DNA of 55,807 bases from Octopus bimaculoides (Eukaryota): the NCBI RefSeq assembly GCF_001194135.2, contig NC_069004.1, forward strand, positions 19,049,682 to 19,105,488. Reading direction: 5' to 3'. Within the stretch, counting starts at the first letter, position 1, and every line of letters starts with the position of its first letter. The position numbers and the translations under genes are program-made. The notes below the pieces were generated by a model. The model saw only the letters and a program-made list of their open reading frames with translations, searched no databases and had not been told where the DNA came from. Positions 22,669 to 34,978 of the stretch are shown one piece after another.

Positions 22669-22721
<53 letters not shown>

Positions 22722-22813
22722 CATTATTATTATTATTATTGTTGTTGTTGTTATTATTATTACGTTCTAGGTTCAAATTCCGTCCAGGTCGACTTTGCCT
22801 TTCAATCTTTTCT
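22545..22813 (+). mobile_element. SINE family C fragments around an (ATT)n tract
   Basis: 3' part GGTCGATAAAATAAGTACCAG...GTAGAAAGGATT at 22545-22650 and a second core at 22765-22813. Confidence 0.8.
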
Positions 22814-23214
22814 NNNNNNNNNNNNNNNNNNNNNNNNNNNNNNNNNNNNNNNNNNNNNNNNNNNNNNNNNNNNNNNNNNNNNNNNNNNNNNNNNNNNNNN
22901 NNNNNNNNNNNNNNNNNNNNNNNNNNNNNNNNNNNNNNNNNNNNNNNNNNNNNNNNNNNNNNNNNNNNNNNNNNNNNNNNNNNNNNNNNNNNNNNNNNNN
23001 NNNNNNNNNNNNNNNNNNNNNNNNNNNNNNNNNNNNNNNNNNNNNNNNNNNNNNNNNNNNNNNNNNNNNNNNNNNNNNNNNNNNNNNNNNNNNNNNNNNN
23101 NNNNNNNNNNNNNNNNNNNNNNNNNNNNNNNNNNNNNNNNNNNNNNNNNNNNNNNNNNNNACATGAGTGAGAGAGAGAGAGTACGAGTGTGGTAAACGAA
23201 TTAGCACTAAAAAA

Positions 23215-25923
23215 CGAATTAGAGCTAAAAAAAAAAAAAGAAAGAAAGAAAGAAAACAAACGACGATTGTGTTTTTGCTGAAAGAAAGAACAAAAAAGAC
23301 GGCAGGGCCAATCTTTTCGAGAAAGATCTCTTAGAAGATCTTCGGAGAAACAACGGCTCCGTTTTCGACAACATTGTTCGAAGTAAAAGTAGCAATTTCG
23401 AAAATGTAAACAATGGGAGCCCTTTCGTTAGCGAAGCAACGAACGATGCGAGTCCATTGTGAACAACAACACCAGCAACTGCAGATACAACAACAGCAAC
23501 AACAACATCAGCAGCACTATCAACAACCACAACAACAGCAATAACAAAGGTAACAACAACAACAACAGCAGTAGCAGCAACAAAAGCAACAACAACAACA
23601 ATGATAAAAACAATGAAAGAGCTGAGACGCAAACCGGTGCAACGGCTCTGAATAGCTCTTCTAAGTTTTCATCTCTTCAGAGAATACAATTCTCTGAAGA
23701 GGAACTTTAAAATGTCAGACAGCTAGTCGAGAGAGACGGAAGAGCAGTAAAGTTAAATACTCTGCCTCTCCCGAGACAATTTAGGATACGATTCGCCGTA
23801 TAGTGGACCCACTGTACAATCGGTTTAAAATCAAGGAGGATGAAAAGAGCCGCAGAGGCTCAAATACAAAAAGCTTTAGGTTCCGTCTAGAATCTAAAGG
23901 AATATGTACAGAAAGGAAGGGCCTTTGAAATGGTGGACGTTCTATTTCGCACCGAGGAAGAAGCCAAACATCACTCTTTGAATCCCCCTAGAATGGCCAA
24001 AATCATCATCCAACAGGTGCTGCCAGAAATAGCCATTCCTTGGCTAATTGCTGCAGTGACGATAGACATCGAGGAAACTTGAAAACCGTCGGAGCTTAAC
24101 AGACCAAAAAGGAGAACTGGTCTGAGATGACCATAGAACTCCTCATGCAAACGACACAAACGAATGTGGATCTCATCCCGGACCAGATCCCTCTTCGTAG
24201 AGGCAGTATATAAACGGCCACCAGAACTCCAGCGACAACAGTAGCAGCACCATCACCATCAGCAGATTCAGCCGTGGCACCTCCAACACCAACAACCATA
24301 CCGACACCGAGTTTCCCCAAACACTTCTCAGCACCCGAAGATGTTCCACTTTCCGATGCAGAGCGGGTGGACATCACAGGTGGAGAGTCGGACCGCGAAG
24401 TGGAGTGGAAGTTGAAAACTCAAAAACAGAAAAGAGACTGAAAAAAAAAACATACAAACGTGTGAACAAACAACAATCCTCATCCACAGAAAAAGTAGAA
24501 AGAAAAAAGACAAGGCAACAAAAACAAATACACCCAAAACAAACACTGCATCGATACCATCACCTCTAACACCTGAAACACAATCCATCCCACACACGCA
24601 ATCACAACAACAATCACAACCACAGCCACCACAACAACAACAACAACAACAATAACAACAACAGCAACAACAACAGCAACAGCAACAACAACAACTAACA
24701 CAAATTAAAGACACTAACATTACAAACTACATGGCAATAAATACAAAAAACAATGAATAAATGAAGTGCATCATAATACACACAAACATTACACCGAAAG
24801 ATTTTGTCAGATCCACGTTCTCCCTACCTGCTCTCATATAAATCATTCAAACAACACGAAACATACACACACGTAAAGACCCAATTCCCACAGGAAATCG
24901 GAAATTTTCGAGGGAATATCACCAAGAGAATTCTTGGCGATTTACAGTTGGAAACACCCTAAGTCAACAGGAGGGATGGGCAATCCGTAAAGATTTCAGA
25001 GACCGGATTAGTGAACTAGTTAAGAGGGCGTTGACAGAGGCAATAATTAACAATAAATGGTGGTTCGCCCTGAAAAGGGCGATGAGAATAGAATCAGTAA
25101 GATATAGCAAAGGTATAGCAGTAGAAAAAATCAGAGTAGAGACAGAGGTAGTCAAGAAGTTAGACGAGGCTTTTGAAAAGAAGCATCGCGACCGACGTGC
25201 TCGCAACGAGATTGGCACTCAACCAATTCTTCAACCCGAAATACGAAGGTTGCGTTGTCAGAGCTTACATGCCAGACTTGTTTGGCGACCTCTTAGCAAA
25301 CGTTTACTGCAACTGGCGACAGAATAGGAGAATTCCCAGTTTTGTGAGCCGAGGAGTGGTGGTGTTGCTAAGAAAAGACCCGAGCAAGGGGGATTGTATT
25401 GACAACTTTAGGCCCATAACTCTGCTGAATGCAGAGTTCAAAATTTTGGCCAAGGTGTTAGCTACGAGGTCGGCGCTTGGCGTCGGGGATCTGGTAGGAG
25501 AGGCACAGACATGTGCCATCCCGAAAAGATCCATCTACGGCAACCTCCACCTCATGCAATACGTCATTGAGAAAGTGGTTAAAGAACCTGGCACGGGTGG
25601 GGCTCTGATCAATTTAGATCAATCTAAAGCTTTCGATAGGATCGACCATCTATACCTGGAAACGGCCATCTAGGCAGCTGGTTTCGGGTCTGTATTCGGG
25701 GGCTGGATCGCTGCAATGCACAGCGTCATCTGTTCAGTGGTCAGAGTGAACGGTCACTTCTCAGAGCCGTTCAATACTATGCACTCGATCCGGCAAGGTT
25801 GTCCCCTCTCGTCTCCCTTGTACGGACTGACTCTCGAATCACTAACTACACAGTCTGGAAGCTTTGAGAAACATCCCACGTGACCTAGGATGTGGAAGGT
25901 GCGTGTCGGCATATGCTGACGAT
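23215..25923 (+). mobile_element. L1/Tx1-clade LINE, internally deleted and 3'-truncated
   Basis: ORF1-like relic (23270-24460: QKGRAFEMVDVLFRTEEEA, KENWSEMTIELL) followed by an ORF2 relic. The endonuclease domain is not seen. Confidence 0.8.
24975..25923 (+). pseudogene. L1/Tx1 ORF2 reverse transcriptase pseudogene fragment
   Basis: NFRPITLLNAEFKILAKVLA, LDQSKAFDRIDH, SIRQGCPLS and YADD (25912-25923), with in-frame stops and deletions. Confidence 0.93.
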
Positions 25924-26232
25924 TTTTGCACAGTTGATAAAGCTAGAGCATCATCCCCTAATGTAGAAACCCTGTCAGCCTGAATATCTTTGGGGGCTAA
26001 ACTCCTTTTTCTGGAGATATTTGATAACACCACGGTACCAAATTTTACCCATTTTCACGAAATGTCTTTAGTACCACTTTTCTAAGTCCTCAATTCTGTA
26101 TCCAATGTGGGTTTATATGGAAAGAAAAAATGCAGTTAGCACCAGTAAATGTTGAATTTAATGCATGTCAAGTTTAATGACTGTATGATAACTCCTTCTT
26201 AGTCAGCGCATGAACTTTTCAGTCCACTCTCG
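25924..26232 (-). mobile_element. Mariner transposon 5' end (TIR + transposase HTH start)
   Basis: TIR CGAGAGTGGACTGAAAAGTTCA at 26232-26211. ATG at 26052 gives MGKIWYRGVIKYLQKK, then after a frameshift LAPKDIQADRVSTLGDDALALSTVQK. Confidence 0.85.
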
Positions 26233-26378
26233 AATTTGGGTTGCATACATAATGGTGAAATCGTTCTGAAAATATTCGTTCAGTATCCAAACATTGCTGA
26301 CTTGTGAAGTTATGTCCAGTAAATGTCATGCTTAGTTGTCGTCGTTTATGTTGTTGTTTAATTACAGGTCAATTCTGA

Positions 26379-26700
26379 TTGAACAGACCTTAAAATCAAA
26401 AGCGCTCCAACCCTGGCAGTCACGTCTGATTTTGTTTCTCTGGGACCTATCAATCTCCAATATTTTCTTTATTCGAAAATATTTTACAGTGTGTTTTGAA
26501 GGAGATTTGGCTGCTATTATTGGTGCTGGTGGTGACTAATTGAACAAACCTAAGAATCAAAAGCGTTCCAATCCTGGCAGTCACGTCTGCTCTTGTTTCT
26601 CTAGGACCTATCAATGTCCAATATTTCCTTCATTCGAAAAACTTTATGGTATGTTTTGAATGAGATTTGGTTGCTATTTCTGCCTGGTTGAGCAACCACT
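26379..26700 (+). repeat. Two-copy 161 bp tandem duplication
   Basis: TTGAACAGACC at 26379 and TTGAACAAACC at 26540, colinear through GAGATTTGGYTGCTATT. Confidence 0.85.
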
Positions 26701-26829
26701 TAGCGACCCCCTTATTTGTGGCTATGTTATTGGCTTTTCACTAAGAGCAGTTTTATATGTGCTGGAGCTGGTGCTGTCTCCTGTGGTGGCGATAGTATGT
26801 GTAGTACGGTTAATGGCAGGTTGTGTTGT

Positions 26830-27140
26830 CATAGGGTTGTAGTGAATGTGGTAGTATTGTTATTAATAGCGATGGTTATAATGTTTGTGGTGGTGTTCGT
26901 GGTAGTAGCTATGGTGGTGGTGATTCCAGTGGTGGAGTGGTTGTAGTGATGGTGGTAGTGGCAACGTTAGTGGTAGTGATGGTGAATCCAGGTAAAAAAG
27001 TCACAAGGGTTTTGTCCGGGGGATTTTGTCCGGATCCGATAAATCGTCACCGTGATGGTAGTGGTTGTCGTTGTGGTGATGGTAACGGTAGTAGTAGTAG
27101 TAGTAGTAGTAATGGTGGTGGTGGTGATGGCGGTAGCGGC

Positions 27141-27207
<67 letters not shown>

Positions 27208-27280
27208 TGGTGGTTGCGGTATTAGTGGTAGTAGTAGCGGTGGTGATAGTAGTAGTGATGTTGGTGGTGTTGGTAGTGGT
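26830..27280. repeat. (GTA)n/(GTG)n trinucleotide tract
   Basis: Direct read. Confidence 0.9.
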
Positions 27281-28185
27281 NNNNNNNNNNNNNNNNNNNN
27301 NNNNNNNNNNNNNNNNNNNNNNNNNNNNNNNNNNNNNNNNNNNNNNNNNNNNNNNNNNNNNNNNNNNNNNNNNNNNNNNNNNNNNNNNNNNNNNNNNNNN
27401 NNNNNNNNNNNNNNNNNNNNNNNNNNNNNNNNNNNNNNNNNNNNNNNNNNNNNNNNNNNNNNNNNNNNNNNNNNNNNNNNNNNNNNNNNNNNNNNNNNNN
27501 NNNNNNNNNNNNNNNNNNNNNNNNNNNNNNNNNNNNNNNNNNNNNNNNNNNNNNNNNNNNNNNNNNNNNNNNNNNNNNNNNNNNNNNNNNNNNNNNNNNN
27601 NNNNNNNNNNNNNNNNNNNNNNNNNNNNNNNNNNNNNNNNNNNNNNNNNNNNNNNNNNNNNNNNNNNNNNNNNNNNNNNNNNNNNNNNNNNNNNNNNNNN
27701 NNNNNNNNNNNNNNNNNNNNNNNNNNNNNNNNNNNNNNNNNNNNNNNNNNNNNNNNNNNNNNNNNNNNNNNNNNNNNNNNNNNNNNNNNNNNNNNNNNNN
27801 NNNNNNNNNNNNNNNNNNNNNNNNNNNNNNNNNNNNNNNNNNNNNNNNNNNNNNNNNNNNNNNNNNNNNNNNNNNNNNNNNNNNNNNNNNNNNNNNNNNN
27901 NNNNNNNNNNNNNNNNNNNNNNNNNNNNNNNNNNNNNNNNNNNNNNNNNNNNNNNNNNNNNNNNNNNNNNNNNNNNNNNNNNNNNNNNNNNNNNNNNNNN
28001 NNNNNNNNNNNNNNNNNNNNNNNNNNNNNNNNNNNNNNNNNNNNNNNNNNNNNNNNNNNNNNNNNNNNNNNNNNNNNNNNNNNNNNNNNNNNNNNNNNNN
28101 NNNNNNNNNNNNNNNNNNNNNNNNNNNNNNNNNNNNNNNGAGGGATAAACACAGACACAAAGACACACACACGCACATACATTTA

Positions 28186-28401
28186 CGAGGGTGTGTTGAA
28201 AAGTTCTTGGCTTTAGATAAAAGAAAATACAAGAGGATCAGTTAATTATGATTTTATTCAATATATTCCCCTCCCAGATTCACACACTTATTGCAGCGGT
28301 CCTTCAGTTTTTCTAAGCCCTGTAAAAGAACTCATGAGATTGGGCCTCCTACCAGACCTTTCATGACACCCTTAAAGCCAGGAACTTTTCAGCACCCCTC
28401 G
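28186..28401. mobile_element. Mariner-type MITE (216 bp)
   Basis: ~29-30 bp TIRs CGAGGGTGTGTTGAAAAGTTCTTGGCTTTA / TAAAGCCAGGAACTTTTCAGCACCCCTCG, flanked by TA on both sides. Confidence 0.92.
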
Positions 28402-28767
28402 TACAGATACACACACACACACATAGATTAGAGACAGGTATTTTCTGTATAGATTACATTTTGTAGTGCTCAGGAAATTTAAACTTGAGCAGGTAGAGGA
28501 GTCAATGTAAGAACAAGCAAGTTAGGCAAGGCGATATAAGAAAAAAATATTAAATGCATTTAATGCAAAAAATGTACATATGTATACATATAAAAAAAAA
28601 AGTTAGATTTACACAGAATATAAATAATATCAAGAATTAAAGAGGTTGTGTAAGGGTTTTACGAGTCCAACAAATGTTTCTGGGGGCTTGGTGGCGTAAA
28701 ATAATAATTGTAACTTGATTCCGTTATCAAATAGCACCAACCCCCGTCTTCAGGGAAGAATTTTACA

Positions 28768-28912
28768 TTTCAATTTCCGTCTACCAAATCTACTCATGAG
28801 GCTATGGTCCCGAAGCTATAGCAGAAGACACTTGTCCAAGGTGTCACGCAGGCGGAGTGAATCTGGAACCATGCAGTTGGAAAGCAAACTTCTTACTACA
28901 CAGCCACGCCTG
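28768..28912 (-). mobile_element. SINE family A 5' half
   Basis: Reverse-complement homology. Confidence 0.85.
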
Positions 28913-29479
28913 TGAATTCTTTCCTTCTTTTTTTTTATTTCTTTGCAGAAGAGACAAGAGAGAGTTAAGATGGGACTACGGTAAGAAGTTTTAACATGCC
29001 ACCATCATCACCACGTCCATCGTCGCCACGACAAGCAACAAGCTGAGGATTATCATCGCTATTTTGACCACCTCCAGCGTCACCACAACAAAGACAACTA
29101 CTCCACACTATCAGCAACACCACCACATATCACATGATTTCGAACTCTGAGATATTACACTTAGTTCTCATCACTGGGTTTTGCTGCCTGGGGTTAAACT
29201 AATACCCGCTTCGTCATGCTTGTTAAAATCGTTGAAAGACTAGTGCCAAATTCAAATGGTAAAAGTATATAATTATACATAAATAAAGATATTATTATTT
29301 ATAAATAATGATAATATTATAAGTGGCTAGCAAGCATAAAAACCCAAAAGGTAAGTTTATAAATTTACCAGCGTTGCTAGAAATAAGAGTCGAAAAATAC
29401 TCAAATAGGCAACAATATCACTGTAAATTTAACAAGCTGACGAAATCGAGGAGCGAATAAATATATACATATACATATA

Positions 29480-29837
29480 CGTAGGAGTGGCTGTGTGGTA
29501 AGTAGCTTGCTTACCAACTATATGGTTCCGGGTTCAGTCCCACTGCGTGGCACCTTGCGCAAATGTATTCTACTATAGCCTCGGGCCGACCACAGCCTTG
29601 TGAGTGGATTTGGTAGACGGAAACTGAAAGAAGCCCGTCGTATATGTGTATATATATATGTATATATATGTGTGTATATATATATGTGTGTATATATATA
29701 TGTATGTGTGTGTGTATATGTTTGTGCGTCTGTGTTTGTCCCCCCAACATCGCTTGACAACCGATGTTGATATGTTTACGTCCCCGTAGCCTAGCCTTCC
29801 GGCAAAAAAAAACCGATAGAATAAGTACGAGGCTTAC
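29480..29837 (+). mobile_element. SINE family A running into a gap
   Basis: Head, centre, (TA/TG)n and start of tail. Confidence 0.92.
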
Positions 29838-30869
29838 NNNNNNNNNNNNNNNNNNNNNNNNNNNNNNNNNNNNNNNNNNNNNNNNNNNNNNNNNNNNNNN
29901 NNNNNNNNNNNNNNNNNNNNNNNNNNNNNNNNNNNNNNNNNNNNNNNNNNNNNNNNNNNNNNNNNNNNNNNNNNNNNNNNNNNNNNNNNNNNNNNNNNNN
30001 NNNNNNNNNNNNNNNNNNNNNNNNNNNNNNNNNNNNNNNNNNNNNNNNNNNNNNNNNNNNNNNNNNNNNNNNNNNNNNNNNNNNNNNNNNNNNNNNNNNN
30101 NNNNNNNNNNNNNNNNNNNNNNNNNNNNNNNNNNNNNNNNNNNNNNNNNNNNNNNNNNNNNNNNNNNNNNNNNNNNNNNNNNNNNNNNNNNNNNNNNNNN
30201 NNNNNNNNNNNNNNNNNNNNNNNNNNNNNNNNNNNNNNNNNNNNNNNNNNNNNNNNACACACACACACACACACACACATTCACACACATGTAAATATAT
30301 ATATATATATAGACGCTTCCGAAAAAAGAAAAGCCGTTGGAAAACAGATTATAGTAGCGACTCCATCTAAGAATATCTGAAGAAGGAATTGTATTCCGAA
30401 ATATCATCGGACTATGGCTAACTAAATTGCAACAGGTATAGTCCATTTTTTGTATAATAGTGCATTGTTGTATCAATATATATATATATATATATATATA
30501 ATCACCACCAACACAATCACCAAAACCGATACGACTACAGCGCCATTACCAACCTTTCAACTTTTCAATGATCAGCAACAATAATATGAACAAGACGAAC
30601 AAAAATAAAACAAAATAAAATAAAAGACAATCACATTAAGTAATGTTGTACCTTCTTGTATTTTAAAAGTATAGTGAAATATCTTAGGTCTTACGTGTAA
30701 GGTTATTGACTGGAAAGTAAACAGCAACAACAAGGTAATTAACAAGAACAGCATGACCATTGCTCCCTCAAACAAAACCCCTCTGCTATCACTATCACCA
30801 TCATCATCAACGCTACTTTCTGAAATTAAAGATGACTAAATTCATGTTACTTATTTGAAGAATTTTTAA

Positions 30870-31750
30870 AAACTCTAAATTTCCTATTCGTTTTGGGTGA
30901 AATTACTGACATCACAAATTCAACATAGTTGTTAAGATATGCCGAATATCATTACCAGAATAACGCCCACAAGGATTTGTTGTTCGATCTATCGTTAGAT
31001 GGAGGTTCTGTAGGAGAAATTATTATTCAAAAAGTAGATGATGTTTCAAAGAAGGAGGCCTTGAAATAAATAGCTACGTTACAATGTGCATTGATAGTGC
31101 AGTAGCCATGATGTCAGAGATGAAGATTGGATTACGAGTTAAAGTCCAATCTGTAAGGAGAAACTCTATCGCTTTCACTCTTTTGATGATTCAACGAGAG
31201 GCGTTTGTGCCTAAGAAAATCTCTGCGAGTGTGAATGCAATGCAGCAAGATGCAGTTAAATTCATCAACTTTATTAAAAGTTGTGCACTCAATAGTCACT
31301 ACTTAGCAAATTTTTATAAAGAAATTGAAGCCAATTCAGAAAACTTTCATTAGGAACAGAAGTATGATGGCTGTCAAATGGACAAGCTTTGAAATGGCTA
31401 TTAGAATTTTTTAAGTCATAATACTCCTGTCTGGACGAAATTCAGATTTGGTTAATTTGTTTCATAAAGAAGATTGGTTATGTAAATGGTACCACTTGTC
31501 AGATGTCTCTACAAGGAGAGACGTCAATATTTCTTTACTTTAATATAAAATTGATGCTGGCATAAAAAGAAAATACGGAAAGGAAATACAAAATAGAAAA
31601 TGGTGGATTAGAAATATTCTCATATAGAAATGATTTTTCGTTTTTGATAATGCATCGAATTTTGATTTGATAACGCAAATAATAATCGATCATTTGGAGA
31701 CTTTGGAAAGCAATTTCCAGAAAAATGTTTTGTTTTTTTTATCAGAATTA
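30870..31750 (+). pseudogene. Degraded hAT (Buster/Charlie, ZBED5/SCAND3-like) transposase
   Basis: MCIDSAVAM (cf. CTDGAxAM), MIQREAFVPKKI (cf. CxIHREAL), QDAVKFINFIKSCALNSH, and a TEVRWLS relic at about 31355-31380. Confidence 0.8.
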
Positions 31751-31854
31751 GAGACTAACCAATTGGATTGGGTCCGGTTGAATTAGTGCGCGTAAAACAC
31801 CAGCCGTTAAAAGCTCAGGTGGAAAATATACAATGTTCAAGGCATTCCACTCTC

Positions 31855-32089
31855 ATCTTTTACCTTTTACTTGTTCAGTCATTAGACTGCGGCCATGCTG
31901 GGACACTTGTATTTTTAGTCGAATGAATCGACCCCAGTACTTATTTTTAAACCTGGTACTTATTCTATCGGTCTGTTTTGCCGAACTGCTAATTTATAGG
32001 GACGTAAACACACCAACACCAGTTGTCAAGTGGTGATGGGGAGACAAACACACACACACACACACACACACGCACGCACACACACACAA

Positions 32090-32132
<43 letters not shown>

Positions 32133-32282
32133 CTTATATATACGACGGGCTTCTTTCGGTTTCCGTCTACTAAATCTGCTGACAAGGTTTTGGTCGGACC
32201 GAGGCTATAGTAGAAGACACTTGCCCAAGGTGCCACACGGTGGGACTGAACCCGGAACCATGTGGTTGGGAAGCAAGCTTCT
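31855..32282 (-). mobile_element. SINE family A, near full length
   Basis: Reverse-complement homology with internal (CA)n(TA)n. Confidence 0.92.
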
Positions 32283-32444
32283 TTGGGGTTTGTGCTGTCT
32301 TTTCAATGTGGCCCGAATTAGCGACTGAAACCTTTGTGTTATCTGTCAGCGGATATGAATGAATCTAAACGAAAATTCGCCATGGAATTAAGAATGAATA
32401 TTAGGACAAGATTTGATATTTTAAAATGTTTACGTGGTTTATAT

Positions 32445-32831
32445 GGACTGCAGCCATGCTGGGGCACAGCCTTGGAGGGTTTTTGACAAAGATTCAACCC
32501 CAGTACTTGGTTTTGAAACCTGGTAATTATACTATCGGATACTTCTGCCGGACTGCTGGGTTTCGTAGACGTAAACAAACCAACAGCCGTTGTCAAACGG
32601 TAGAGAGACACACACACACACACACACACAAATGACGGACACACAAACATATACACACACATACATATATATACATATATACGACGGGCTTCTTTCAGTT
32701 TCCGTCTACCAAATCCACTTACAAGGCTTTGTCTCCCAGGTGCTATAGTAGAAGACATCTGCCTTAAGTGCATCCATGCAGTGAGACCGAACCCAGAATT
32801 ACGGGGTTAAGAATGAAACCTCTTACCACAC
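32445..32831 (-). mobile_element. SINE family A, near full length
   Basis: Reverse-complement homology. Confidence 0.88.
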
Positions 32832-32867
32832 CCCCCCCGCTCACTAAATGCATCATGGTCTGCTTGT

Positions 32868-33057
32868 ATATTGGTTTCAAATTTTGGCACAAGGCCAGCA
32901 AATTCGGGGGAGAGCGTAAGTCGATTACGTCGATTCAGTAATCAATTGGTATTTATTTTATCGATCTCCGAAAAGATGAAAGGCAAAATCGACATCAGCG
33001 GAATTTGATCTCAGAACGTAAAGACGGACGAAATGTCTTAAGCGTGTTGCCCGCCTT
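32868..33057 (-). mobile_element. SINE family C
   Basis: ATTGGTTTCAAATTTTGGCACAAGG...GATGAAAGGCAAAATCGAC...GGAATTTGATCTCAGAACG. Confidence 0.85.
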
Positions 33058-33573
33058 GATATATTTATATATTAAAATTGAGAAATGTTAGAAAACAAGG
33101 CAGGCTGCGATTAATTCTAGCGTTTTATTATTTTTATTATTTTATTATTTTTGTCATTTTATTTATTTATTGTTTTTTTGTTATTTGACAGAGAAAAGAT
33201 TTTCTTTACTATTTTAATTCAACGCTGATTTTGAATCCAATTTTTGTTTGGAGAAAACGTTACTCTTTAGATGAATTTTAAGATGGTTTTTTTTTCGTAA
33301 AAAATTCTGCTCATTCATTTTTTTTTTTTTTTTTTGTATATTTTATTTTAACAACTTCGATTTTGAATTGGGTTTTTTAAACCCATTGCTGCTGCTGATT
33401 ATTATGTATTCTTGACTGAAAAAACCCCAAAAAGTTACCTAATTATTTTTGCTAAAAGAAAATCTACGCAACCAATTTTGTTAAATATATTTCGATAATT
33501 TCCTTTTATTCTGAATCAGTCATTTCTCAAATGAAAAACGATACAGTTTATCGTAAATGGCGGTGTATAGGAC

Positions 33574-34125
33574 GCGGTCGAGCTTCCATCCTTGACGAGA
33601 CCAGGGAAGGTCGAGATCATGTGATCTGCTGGTCTCGGCACTAAAGGTGGCGAGGAATCTATCTCTCCGCCAGCAATATAAAAAAAGAGTACATTTCACA
33701 CCAAAAGCCCATATGAAAGTTTCTCTCACGGCAGTAAAGTCTGTTTTAACAAAACATCCATGTTGAAATGGGAATAAATATTTCCTCTCGGTGTTACTAC
33801 TGCCTCTGTCGCTAATAGATATCTTTTAACAAATTCACTGGCTAATCGCTACACCAGTGTTATTCTAGATATCGCTGGCAGAGAGATGAGTCACTGCTAT
33901 CTCTAGCGGTCGAGCGTCCATTATTGACGAGACCAAACAAGGTCGAAACTACATGATCTGACGGTCTCGGTGGCAGGGATTTATCTCCCTACTAGCAATA
34001 TAAACAAGAGTGCATTTTGCACCAAAAGCCAAATATAAAAGTTTCTCTCGTAGTATCTAATGCAATATAGTTTGTTCCAGCAGAGCATCCAAGTTTCAGT
34101 GGAAATAAATATTACCTCCTCGGTA
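33574..34125 (+). repeat. Two tandem copies (period 332 bp) of an unclassified structured repeat
   Basis: GCGGTCGAGC at 33574 and 33906, colinear through TATAAA..AGAG...CCAAAAGCC...AAATATT. A third, 5'-truncated copy lies at 54849-55080. Confidence 0.85.
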
Positions 34126-34580
34126 ACAAAAAGTTGTAACGCGTCTAATGAGGCCATATTACGGGTGGGATACTAAGTATATGAGAGCTATTATAAAACA
34201 TATCAAATTTCTTTTTTAACACAAAATTGTAAGGTTTTGTTATATGTGAGTGTGCGTTTTATGCACCGGTATATACGGTAGTTGAACTGAAAGCATAAAT
34301 CAAACATAGTTTAAGACTATTCTAAAAAGAAGAAGGACAAAAATCTCGTAAGCAGTTTTGAAAAAGGAGATTCTTATGAGTTTGGTCTTTTGTAGCAAAA
34401 ATCCCCTGTAGATGGTTTTATAGAAAATGAAAGTAACCTCTTAGAGAGAATTTCTTTTGTCAAATGAGGGCGGAATCCCAAGAATTTTTTTCCTTTTCTT
34501 TTTGTTTTGTTTTTAAGGGATTCGCGATTCAAAATGTTTGGAAAGGCTTGTTTAATATCCTAGCAATTCTTCATATAACC

Positions 34581-34903
34581 CAGTGGTTCTCAACTGGGGT
34601 TCATATGACCCCTGGTGGTCCATATAAAATTTTGTTGGGTCCACATATGCAAAATAGTAAATTGGGTCAACAGTATTATTTTAAGGATCCATGAAAAGAT
34701 TTTGCTCTAGATGTGTTTATTGCAATGTATTCTTTTCTAACGTTTTACAAATAAGTGAAAATAAGTGATGAACAAAATAGTAATTTGAAAAGAAGTATCT
34801 ATAAAATGAAATTTTAAACTTCGAAAGGCTATGGAGAAGGGGTCCACCAGAATAAAATAATCATGAAAGGGGCCCATAGATAAAAAATAATTGAGAACCA
34901 CTG
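34581..34903. mobile_element. hAT Buster/Charlie-type MITE (323 bp)
   Basis: TIRs CAGTGGTTCTCAA / TTGAGAACCACTG. The 8-bp flanks ATATAACC and GTGTAACC match at 6/8 with central TA. Confidence 0.92.
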
Positions 34904-34928
34904 GTGTAACCGATCGAGGACTCTTCCC

Positions 34929-34978
34929 ATTACTGAGACCCCCTTCAGTCATGACTGACCATGGGATTGCACCTAGAA
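34929..34978 (-). mobile_element. SINE tail Y 3' end running into a gap
   Basis: Reverse complement matches 14877-14918. Confidence 0.8.

Noticed and set aside
23459-23710. Asn-rich ORF as a host gene
   Set aside because: It is an (AAC)n-rich segment inside the L1/Tx1 ORF1 region.
26379-26700. CRISPR-like or regularly spaced array (also 10951-11190 and 33574-34125)
   Set aside because: Eukaryotic context, whole units are duplicated with no unique spacers, and there are no cas genes.
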